Source of the DNA: Sphingobacteriaceae bacterium
GTDB taxonomy: Bacteria > Bacteroidota > Bacteroidia > Sphingobacteriales > Sphingobacteriaceae
Assembly (NCBI GenBank): GCA_025450155.1
Contig: JANWIB010000008.1
Location: forward strand, 1-40,380
Direction of reading: 5' to 3'
Length of the DNA: 40,380 bases
Made by a program: the position numbers and the translations under genes. Below the pieces are notes generated by a model. That model had not been told where the DNA came from and ran no database searches. It saw nothing but the letters and a program-made list of their open reading frames with translations. Of this stretch, positions 1 through 7,802 are shown one piece after another. Every line of letters starts with the position of its first letter. The first letter of the stretch is position 1.

Positions 1-241
1 CTCCTACAATACGGGCTGATTTTTTATAAGGCTTGTTACTTGCTACACCCAAATCCAGCATTCCATAAAGTACCCGACGGTGAACGGGTTTTAAACCATC
101 ACGAACATCTGGCAGGGCACGCGAAACGATAACAGACATTGAATAATCAATGTAAGCTGCTTTCATTTCTTCTTCTATATTTATGGGGATGATCCGATCG
201 TTGGTAGGTAGTGCGTTTTCGTTTTCTGTTTCTTCAGCCAT
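1..241 (-). CDS. gyrA: DNA gyrase subunit A, N-terminal fragment (runs off the left edge)
   Basis: The reverse strand from ATG (complement of 239-241) translates to [65 protein letters not shown]. This carries the canonical GyrA N-terminal signature [24 protein letters not shown]. It is absent from the ORF track because it is truncated. Confidence 0.9.
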   Translation of the reverse strand, partial: MAEETENENALPTNDRIIPINIEEEMKAAYIDYSMSVIVSRALPDVRDGLKPVHRRVLYGMLDLGVASNKPYKKSARIVG

Positions 242-386
242 CTTAAGATTGGTTCCTTTTTATCTTATGTCTATGCATCACACAAAAGTGACTTGCGAAG
301 TTAGTAAAATAAGTGGAGTAAGGGTGATTGCTGTGGAAAAATTTAAAAACAAAAAAGCAGTTTTTTTCGATTGGATCTTATCAAAA

Positions 387-1673
387 TTACCTGGCAAGCC
401 AACTGGAAGGGTTTAAGGGAGCAGCACCTTTTCTAACCTCAAAATGAACCTGGCTCGTTCCATCAGATGGATCTGTAATTACGGTGCCAATAGCTTGTTT
501 GGCGGTTACTTTTTGCCCTTGCGCTACAGATACAGAGCGTAAATTAGAATAAACGGTAAAATACTCTCCATGGTTGATTAAAACCGCTAAACTACCTCCA
601 ATATCCTTTATCGTAGTTACCTTTCCTGAATATACCGCCCGAACTATGGCGCCTTTAGTTGTTTTTATATCAATCCCATTATTCTCTATGGTTACATTTA
701 CCCCGTAATTATGCAGGCCATATCCTTCTACTACGGTTCCTGTAGCTACAGGCCACGGCAAACTACCCCGGCTGCCTAAAAAACTAGATGAAAGGCTCGC
801 TGCTTCGGGCGTTGATACCAGCACGGAAGAACCTTTTGAAACTGTGGTTGTTTTTACTTTAACGGTTTTAGTATTGTTAGATTTCGCTTTTGCATCTGCC
901 AATGTTTTAGTATTTGCCGCCGCTATGCGGGCTTCTTCTCTTTTTCGTGCCGCCTCAATTTCTCTGGCAATTGCAGTTTGAATGGCCTGGTTTAACCGGG
1001 TCGATTCTCTTTTCTTATTAGCTAATTGTTGTGCTAACTGTTTTTCCTGTTTACTTAATTTGCTTAAAACTTCCGCTTGCTTATTTTTTTTCTCGCCAAG
1101 GCTTTCTTTTTCCTCCTGCTCATCTTCTAATAAAGTACTTTTTTCTTTTTTATTATGATCGAGCTCTACAATTTTAATTTGCAATAAATTTTGTGTCTTC
1201 TTAATGTACTCAGCCTGTTTTTTTCTGTATTGTGTAAACTGGCTTAGATATTTTAATCGCTTATAGCCTTGATTAAAGTTATCGGCAGCAAATACAAACA
1301 TCAATTTATTGTAAGCGTTCTGATTTTTAAATGCAAACCGAACCATGCCTGCGTATTCTTTTTTCAGCTGGTTCAATTGTCCCTGCAAAGTATATACCGT
1401 ATTGGTGTTATCAGATATTTGATTATCAAGAAGATTTATTTCAGAATTTATGGTGGCTATTTTTTCTTCACGCAAATGAATTTCGGCATTGAGCGAATTA
1501 ATTTGTTTAAGAGATAACTTTTTGGTGTTTGAAGTTTGACGTAAACTTTTGTTTAGAAGCTCAATTTCACGAGATAATTCTTTTTTTCTGCGCTTTAAAT
1601 CTTCACTATTCTGTGCAAAAGCTGCTATTGTTAAGGATAATAGAAGGAAAAATAGTATTTGAAATAATCTCAT
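387..1673 (-). CDS. Secreted coiled-coil protein with C-terminal LytM/M23 domain, EnvC-like murein hydrolase activator
   Basis: There is a signal peptide (MRLFQILFFLLLSLTIAAFAQ) and a long K/E/Q-rich coiled-coil region. The C-terminal M23 fold reads NNGIDI...INHGEYFTVYSNL...SQVHFEVR. Catalytic and zinc-ligand positions look degenerate (see findings). Confidence 0.85.
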   Translation of the reverse strand: MRLFQILFFLLLSLTIAAFAQNSEDLKRRKKELSREIELLNKSLRQTSNTKKLSLKQINSLNAEIHLREEKIATINSEINLLDNQISDNTNTVYTLQGQLNQLKKEYAGMVRFAFKNQNAYNKLMFVFAADNFNQGYKRLKYLSQFTQYRKKQAEYIKKTQNLLQIKIVELDHNKKEKSTLLEDEQEEKESLGEKKNKQAEVLSKLSKQEKQLAQQLANKKRESTRLNQAIQTAIAREIEAARKREEARIAAANTKTLADAKAKSNNTKTVKVKTTTVSKGSSVLVSTPEAASLSSSFLGSRGSLPWPVATGTVVEGYGLHNYGVNVTIENNGIDIKTTKGAIVRAVYSGKVTTIKDIGGSLAVLINHGEYFTVYSNLRSVSVAQGQKVTAKQAIGTVITDPSDGTSQVHFEVRKGAAPLNPSSWLAR

Positions 1674-1907
1674 TTAGAACCACCCCTGATTTCAACGTAT
1701 CAGGCGGCAAAAATACAATTACTAACAAGAAAACCTATAGTGTAGGTTAAAATACCAGCTTTCTGATAAATTTTAAACCTTATTATTCTAAGCTATCCCT
1801 AAAGTTAAATCATCAAAAACTGCGAAATTAAATTTCACAGTGAGTATTTTTTTGAAACAACTATACAATTCTTCTCATGTTGTACTATTAACAAAATAAA
1901 ATAAGCC

Positions 1908-2369
1908 ATGAAAACAATTATTCTACTCACAGTACTAGTTGCTTCAGCATTTCTGGGGTGCAAAAAAGGAGATAAAGTAAAAAAAGCCGAAAAGCCATTA
2001 AGTGTAGATATCCAACGTGTATGGGAAACTACATTGGATAAAAAGGAGTATTATGACGAATCCAATAACAAGGTTTTTGAACAAGTTTTAGCTCCGGGGG
2101 TTCATTATACAATGAAAGAGGGCACTTTGAAAGTTAAAGATTTAAAGGGTAAAACTATTACCGGTACATATATTTTATCTACCTCTAACGGTAAAACTAT
2201 AATTACCATTACCTTAAATGGAACTTCTGAAGCCTATGAGTTGGTATCCATTACCAATAAAACCATGACCATCAGGCAGGAAAAAAGTAATCAAACCTAT
2301 AATAATAATGGCGAAAAGATTGCACCTAAACAAATTTATACGTTAGAGTTTGTTTGCCCTTGTGGTTAA
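1908..2369 (+). CDS. Hypothetical lipoprotein (lipocalin-like size)
   Basis: The 153 aa ORF has a lipoprotein signal (LVASAFLGC-KK). No family recognised. Confidence 0.6.
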   Translation: MKTIILLTVLVASAFLGCKKGDKVKKAEKPLSVDIQRVWETTLDKKEYYDESNNKVFEQVLAPGVHYTMKEGTLKVKDLKGKTITGTYILSTSNGKTIITITLNGTSEAYELVSITNKTMTIRQEKSNQTYNNNGEKIAPKQIYTLEFVCPCG

Positions 2370-2400
2370 TATTCTATTAGAGTAATGTATTATATAACAA

Positions 2401-2940
2401 TTAGTTTAGGCTATTAATCTCAATAAAAGGTTTTTGATTTGTATAATTAAAAATTATCTTTTCATTTTCCAGTTGTTTCTCTGCGACTACACCTTTGGTT
2501 AATTGCTCTGCCGTTGTACGGTTATTATTTGCCGGCCAATACCGATTAAATAAAAATATTAGCGTAGGAACACTCCCGCTAATGCGGGCCTTGGTAACCC
2601 TGTCGTCTTGATCTAGCCAAAAAATCAGGCGAAGTTTATTTACTATACCAGCATCATCTTTTTTAGTTAACGTATATATCATTCTTCCCTTCAACTCTTT
2701 TGCGTCCATGCTGTATTGCTGGGTTTGTTGTAAGAAACTTGATGGACCACTTGTATAATAAGATTTGTAGCCTATTACTTTATAAAGATCATATCCCATA
2801 GTTTTCCTGAGTTCAACCTGCTGTTTATACTCTTGCTGAGTACCATATAGTTGTTCATAAGCTTTTGTCCATTGCAAATCCTGAGCATTCACATTGAAGA
2901 AGAACAAAGCGATAAAAGAGGTAAATAAACTGTTTTTCAT
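2401..2940 (-). CDS. Hypothetical secreted protein
   Basis: The 179 aa ORF has an N-terminal signal peptide (FIALFFFNVNAQ). It is convergent with 1908-2369. No family recognised. Confidence 0.6.
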   Translation of the reverse strand: MKNSLFTSFIALFFFNVNAQDLQWTKAYEQLYGTQQEYKQQVELRKTMGYDLYKVIGYKSYYTSGPSSFLQQTQQYSMDAKELKGRMIYTLTKKDDAGIVNKLRLIFWLDQDDRVTKARISGSVPTLIFLFNRYWPANNNRTTAEQLTKGVVAEKQLENEKIIFNYTNQKPFIEINSLN

Positions 2941-3088
2941 AAGATTTTTATTTACGTAGATGTATTTAATTAGTGATTAATTTACGAAAACTATTTGAAA
3001 AGAGTTGCGTATATTCTTGATATTTTTGTCGCAACAAATAGAATTTTTCGTAGATAATAATTATATAATATGTCCATAAACTTTAAAA

Positions 3089-4546
3089 ATGCAATATAGC
3101 GACCAGTTTTTTAGTGCTATTGTAGAAAACAGTACCGAATTAATTACTATTATTAACGAAAAAGGAGTACTTAAGTATATAAGTCCATCTGTAGAAAAAA
3201 TTTTAGGATACTCTCCTTCCGAGCTAAGAAATACGCCTATTCTAAACTTTATTCATCCCGATGATGCTAAAATTGCACAAAAGGCATTTTCTTATGTCAA
3301 TAAGCATAAAAAAGTTAAACTTCCACTGATAAGATACAAAGACAAAATTGGTAATTACAGGTGGATTGACTGTATAACATCAAATATGGTAAGCAATCCC
3401 GTCATCAAAGGATTTATTACCAATTCCAGAGATGTTACGGATAGGATTTTAGCAGAAAAAGAGAGAAAAGAAAGTCAGGCTTATTATACCTCGCTTTTTC
3501 ATGACCATCCTGATTTAGTATTTACTCTTAATACAGATGGATTAATAACCAACTCAAACAAACAGGTCCAACTTAAATTAGGCTATTTAGAAGAAGAACT
3601 TCACTTATCCTCCTTTCTGGAAATAGTATATTCTCCTGATTTGAAGTTTACCAGTGGTGCATTTAAAAAAGCAATAAGTGGTAAGGCGCATCATACCGAG
3701 GTTCGTGTTAAACGGAAAGATAAAGGCATTCTCTGTCTCCAATTAACCATTATCCCTGTTTCAATTAACAATATCCTGCAATGTGTTCAAGTAATTGGAC
3801 AAGATATTAGCGAGAAAAAAAATGCGGAATTAAATCTACGCAGCCTTAGTATGAACTTAAGCCAGCAGAACCAGGATCTGCAACAATTCAGCTACATGGT
3901 ATCTCATAATTTAAGGGCGCCGCTTGCAAGCGCAAAAGGCATTTTAAATGCATTGAAAATAGTAGAACCTAACGATCCGTTTGGTAAGCAAGCGATAGAA
4001 TTACTTGAGATAAGTTTAGAAAATTTAGATAATGTAATTATAGATATTAATAACATCCTATCTGTTAAAGATAACCAGGGAGCTTCTGATGATGAATCCT
4101 GTAATTTATTAAACCTGGTTACGGAGGCCGTCTTAAGTTTATCCGATCAGGTGGAAGATGCTAAAGGCGATATGATTTTGTCTGTTGATACCCATATTAA
4201 TATAAAGACCCGCCGGGTTTACTTGTATAGTATTATTTTTAACTTGATTTCTAATGCACTAAAATATAAATCGGCAGAAAGGGTATTAAAAGTGAAAGTC
4301 AGTGCTGTTCAAAGCAAAACAGAAATTACATTTTCTGTTTCTGATAATGGCATTGGTATGGACTTAAATAAGCATAAAAATCAATTATTTAAGCGCTATA
4401 AACGGTTCCATCTAAGTAAAGAAGGGAAAGGAATTGGCTTGTATCTGGTAAAAACACAGGTAGAAGCATTGGGCGGAACCATAGAAGTGGAAAGCACATT
4501 AGGGTTGGGTACTTCTTTCATTGTAAAATTACCTGTTAAAATTTAA
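3089..4546 (+). CDS. Cytoplasmic PAS-domain sensor histidine kinase
   Basis: Two PAS-like repeats are present and no TM segment. H-box FSYMVSHNLRAPL, N-box ISNALKY, G1 DNGIGMD, G2 GKGIGL. Confidence 0.9.
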   Translation: MQYSDQFFSAIVENSTELITIINEKGVLKYISPSVEKILGYSPSELRNTPILNFIHPDDAKIAQKAFSYVNKHKKVKLPLIRYKDKIGNYRWIDCITSNMVSNPVIKGFITNSRDVTDRILAEKERKESQAYYTSLFHDHPDLVFTLNTDGLITNSNKQVQLKLGYLEEELHLSSFLEIVYSPDLKFTSGAFKKAISGKAHHTEVRVKRKDKGILCLQLTIIPVSINNILQCVQVIGQDISEKKNAELNLRSLSMNLSQQNQDLQQFSYMVSHNLRAPLASAKGILNALKIVEPNDPFGKQAIELLEISLENLDNVIIDINNILSVKDNQGASDDESCNLLNLVTEAVLSLSDQVEDAKGDMILSVDTHINIKTRRVYLYSIIFNLISNALKYKSAERVLKVKVSAVQSKTEITFSVSDNGIGMDLNKHKNQLFKRYKRFHLSKEGKGIGLYLVKTQVEALGGTIEVESTLGLGTSFIVKLPVKI

Positions 4547-5109
4547 TCCGACTCAGACTGCACAAGTAGTCCGGCTTTTTCATTTTTTGGTACAACGTTT
4601 TTTAAAGCCGTTATAGCCTCTTCGATCTCAGAAGGTATTTTGGGTATTAATACATTTAGGTTCTTATCTACCAACACAAAAACCGGTACAGAATTATTCC
4701 AGACGCTGCTGTTTGGAAAAAGTGTTTCCAGTGTATTCTTTAAAACCAGCTTATGGGTTAAATACATATCGGGCGCTGAAAATGCTAAGCGAAATTTTTG
4801 CGATTTTAAGGCCGATCTGTCCATGATAGCGTTTATTTTTTGCTCGTCCTTACTTATTGCAACAGTTATTAGCTGGGCATTTGAAGAATCTATGGTTTGT
4901 GCTATAACCGGTAAAGTTTCAGCCAGTGTTTTTCGGCAGGGACCGCACCAGGTTGTCCAGAAATAAATAAGTGAATACTCCTTTTGTTTAATGACTTCGG
5001 TAAGCCTCTCCGTTGTTACTATATCTTTAGAGGGTGCAGTGTTTTGTGAAGACTGACAACTATATAATAACAGGATGAGCGCATAAAACAAAGTGTGTAT
5101 CCTTTTCAT
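4543..5109 (-). CDS. TlpA/ResA-like thiol-disulfide oxidoreductase lipoprotein
   Basis: Lipoprotein signal (LLLYSC-QSS) and thioredoxin active site WTTWCGPCR. Confidence 0.85.
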   Translation of the reverse strand: MKRIHTLFYALILLLYSCQSSQNTAPSKDIVTTERLTEVIKQKEYSLIYFWTTWCGPCRKTLAETLPVIAQTIDSSNAQLITVAISKDEQKINAIMDRSALKSQKFRLAFSAPDMYLTHKLVLKNTLETLFPNSSVWNNSVPVFVLVDKNLNVLIPKIPSEIEEAITALKNVVPKNEKAGLLVQSESD

Positions 5110-5219
5110 TCAGAGCATTAACAGCCAGCTGCATGCGAAGTTTTAAGGTCTCCATATTTTCTCATAAGAAAGCTATTCTCTCAACGCCCGCATAATAAAT
5201 TATGCTACAGCGAACATAT

Positions 5220-5450
5220 TTATTCACGGTAAAGTCTTCGTTGAACTATCCTGCGAAAAAGAAAAACTACTATCCCAATCGCACTAATAAGGATAATCAA
5301 GGATAAACGAATTGGGATCACATAATAGGTATCATAAATACTTACATCAAGAAACGGAGGGATAAATAGTATAACTAAAGCTAAAAAAATAATAAGAATC
5401 GCCAGTGAACTAATGAATTTTCTATTGACGTATTGTTTGTTTTCACTCAT
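5220..5450 (-). CDS. Small two-TM membrane protein, hypothetical
   Basis: The track ORF 5220-5516 overlaps the upstream gene. The internal ATG (MSENKQYVNRKF...) at 5450 removes the overlap. Two hydrophobic helices follow (SLAILIIFLALVILFIPPF and LSLIILISAIGIVVFLF). Confidence 0.45.
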   Translation of the reverse strand: MSENKQYVNRKFISSLAILIIFLALVILFIPPFLDVSIYDTYYVIPIRLSLIILISAIGIVVFLFRRIVQRRLYRE

Positions 5451-5481
5451 AATAATCTTCTCCCTTACAGATACGAGAAAG

Positions 5482-6144
5482 TTAAATCTTTTTAAAAACC
5501 ATTCTTTCACCCCCATCAGAAATTAATATCAATTCTTTTGCAGTTAGTTTTTCAACCTTATAACTCTCTTTACCTTCCTCTATATAATAGTTATTTTGTG
5601 GTTTAAGGCTTACTTCTATTTCGATAGATTGGTTTATATATTTTGACAGCAAAATATCAACACGTTCATATCCCAAATAGTCAATGGATAGTGTGTGAAA
5701 CAGCCTAAAATCATTTATATTCATGTTAGCTTTGCCCAAAGAATCAGTATGTATTATAATAAGAGGTTTATAGTCCTTATCCCGAAAGGTGCAATAAGCA
5801 AAGGAAAAGGGCATTTTATTACTGTAATCCGTCACGTGAATAGTCATCGTGATAGACCCCGTGTTAATATCGTTTTTTTCTTTTATTTTATAGAGAGAGG
5901 TATCTGGATTAACCCCTTTTTCAAGATTCAGTACTAATTTATTCTCTTTAAATTGATACGTACCCTTACTGGTAGTGCTAACCATATGTCCACCAGTATG
6001 TTTTGTAAAGAAACCATCATTAAAACTTAATGTCATTCCATTCCCATCGGGAAAAGTATAAAGATATTTACCAGAGAGTTTTGAACCCTGTGCTATTGCT
6101 GTGCAGGATAAACCGGATAATAAAAATAATAATAGAGATTTCAT
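5482..6144 (-). CDS. Hypothetical secreted protein with carboxypeptidase-regulatory-like (transthyretin-like beta-sandwich) pattern
   Basis: Signal peptide (LLFLLSGLSCTAIAQ). The central segment ITMTIHVTDYSNKMPFSFAYCTFRDKDYKPLIIIHTDSLGKANMNI...LSIDYLGYERVDILL fits the I-x-V-x-D...P...A-x-V...TD-x-x-G...GY pattern of CarboxypepD_reg-like domains. This is a by-eye judgement. Confidence 0.6.
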   Translation of the reverse strand: MKSLLLFLLSGLSCTAIAQGSKLSGKYLYTFPDGNGMTLSFNDGFFTKHTGGHMVSTTSKGTYQFKENKLVLNLEKGVNPDTSLYKIKEKNDINTGSITMTIHVTDYSNKMPFSFAYCTFRDKDYKPLIIIHTDSLGKANMNINDFRLFHTLSIDYLGYERVDILLSKYINQSIEIEVSLKPQNNYYIEEGKESYKVEKLTAKELILISDGGERMVFKKI

Positions 6145-6202
6145 AAAATTATAGGTTTATACCTGCAATGAATATAAACTTTGTATCAGCAAAAGGGAGA
6201 CG

Positions 6203-6679
6203 TTAATGTAATAAAACCTCCTTCTCAAATAATAAAACCTCTATATTAACGAATTCATTACTATAATCTTTTAAGGATATTTCAACTGCACTATGGTATG
6301 ACATATTACCAATTTTTAATTTGAAGTACTTATTTTTACTTTTTATATCTAAAGAAACCTTTCCTTGAAGAATTGTAGAGGAAAGCTCTATTCCTTTTCC
6401 ATTTTTATCAAACAAAGCCCAGAAACTATATGGTAAGAGAGCTTCATTATGATTGCCATCCCGTATACTTATATTTAATGTAACTCCTTCCTTAGAGGAC
6501 GAGTAGTTTTTATACTTTTCCCTACTAACAATTCTAATTTTAGGGTTTATGGTATCTTTTAGTATAATTGAATCCGTATGAGCATCAATATGATTACTGC
6601 ATATTGTACTTTTGGCTTTTGCTACGGTCAAAACACTACTAAATACTATCAGTGCAAAAGTTAATGTTCTTATTTTCAT
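6203..6679 (-). CDS. Hypothetical secreted protein, apparent paralog of 5482-6144
   Basis: Signal peptide (FALIVFSSVLTVAKA). The segment VTLNISIRDGNHNEALLPYSFWALFDKNGKGIEL...KLKIGNMSYHSAVEISL has the same strand pattern as its neighbour. The DNA is very AT-rich. Confidence 0.55.
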   Translation of the reverse strand: MKIRTLTFALIVFSSVLTVAKAKSTICSNHIDAHTDSIILKDTINPKIRIVSREKYKNYSSSKEGVTLNISIRDGNHNEALLPYSFWALFDKNGKGIELSSTILQGKVSLDIKSKNKYFKLKIGNMSYHSAVEISLKDYSNEFVNIEVLLFEKEVLLH

Positions 6680-6733
6680 AATCTATTTATTTACAACCAG
6701 AAGTAAAATTGTTTCACATTTTTTAACCGAAAG

Positions 6734-7729
6734 TTATTTCAAAACCGCTTCTATCAATTGAAGTTCTTCTGCTGTAAAATTTAAATTATCCAGGCATTTT
6801 AATGAATCGGTTAACTGCCCCGGCTTACTCACACCTATTACTACCGAAGTAATTCGGGAGTCTTTAAGTACCCATGATAAAGCCATTTGCGCTAAAGTTT
6901 GTCCACGCTGTTTTGCTATTTCATTCAATTGCCCTACTTTATTCAAGGTCTCACTCGTTACTTCCTTTCCTGCAATAGCACCATTTCCCGGAGCTTTAGC
7001 AGCCCTTGAATCAGCAGGAATACCTTTTAGATATTTATCAGTTAATAAGCCTTGGGCTAGAGGAGAAAATGGAATGCATCCAACCCCCTCCTGCTCTAAA
7101 ATATCCAATAATCCTCCTTCAATCCACCGTTCAAATAGGGAGTATTTAGGTTGATGAATTAAGCAGGGTGTACCCAAATCTTTAAGAATTTTAATTGCTT
7201 TCGCGGTTTCTTCCGGACGATAATTAGAGAGCCCGACGTACAAAGCTTTTCCCTGGCGAACCATTAAATCTAATGCAGATAGGGTTTCTTCCAACGGTGT
7301 TTCCGGATCGGGGCGATGATGGTAAAAAATATCAACGTAGTCTATGCCCATCCGTTTCAGGCTTTGATCCAAACTCGAGACTAAATATTTTTTTGATCCC
7401 CATTCGCCATAGGGGCCATCCCACATTTTATATCCGGCTTTGGTTGCAATAATTAGCTCATCGCGATAACCTCTAAAGTTTTCCCGTAATAGTTTTCCCA
7501 AGTTTTCCTCAGCCGAGCCGGGGGGCATTCCATAATTATTACCCAAGTCGAAATGTGTGATACCACTGTCAAATGCCAGATGTAAAATTTTGCGGCTATT
7601 CTCCCATACATCAATATAACCAAAATTTTGCCACAGGCCCAGAGATATGGCCGGAAGCTTTAATCCGCTGTTACCACAACGGCGGTATTCCATTTTGTCA
7701 TATCGGTCCGGACGAGGAGTATAGTTCAT
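6734..7729 (-). CDS. Aldo/keto reductase, YghZ/Gpr-like (Kv-beta type AKR)
   Basis: The N-terminus PDRYDKMEYRRCGNSGLKLPAISLGLWQNFG closely parallels E. coli YghZ. The protein has full AKR length (331 aa). Confidence 0.9.
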   Translation of the reverse strand: MNYTPRPDRYDKMEYRRCGNSGLKLPAISLGLWQNFGYIDVWENSRKILHLAFDSGITHFDLGNNYGMPPGSAEENLGKLLRENFRGYRDELIIATKAGYKMWDGPYGEWGSKKYLVSSLDQSLKRMGIDYVDIFYHHRPDPETPLEETLSALDLMVRQGKALYVGLSNYRPEETAKAIKILKDLGTPCLIHQPKYSLFERWIEGGLLDILEQEGVGCIPFSPLAQGLLTDKYLKGIPADSRAAKAPGNGAIAGKEVTSETLNKVGQLNEIAKQRGQTLAQMALSWVLKDSRITSVVIGVSKPGQLTDSLKCLDNLNFTAEELQLIEAVLK

Positions 7730-7746
7730 ATAGAGTTAATTTTAAG

Positions 7747-7771
7747 AAATTTTGCTAAAACAGCAAAATTT
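7747..7771. promoter_or_regulatory. Perfect 10-bp inverted repeat with 5-nt spacer (AAATTTTGCT-AAAAC-AGCAAAATTT) in a divergent promoter region
   Basis: Read directly from the sequence. It lies 18 nt from the AKR start (7729) and 31 nt from the OPT start (7803). Confidence 0.5.
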
Positions 7772-7802
7772 ATCTTTACTTTAAAAATTCAAACTAAAAT
7801 TT

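Noticed and set aside
183-416. 77-aa plus-strand ORF spanning the gyrA start and the gyrA / M23 intergenic region
   Set aside because: It overlaps the authentic gyrA N-terminus on the other strand and the 3' end of the M23 gene. It is most likely spurious.
4640-4966. 108-aa plus-strand ORF opposite the TlpA-like gene
   Set aside because: The opposite-strand protein has a clear lipoprotein signal and a WCGPC active site. The plus-strand translation has no features.
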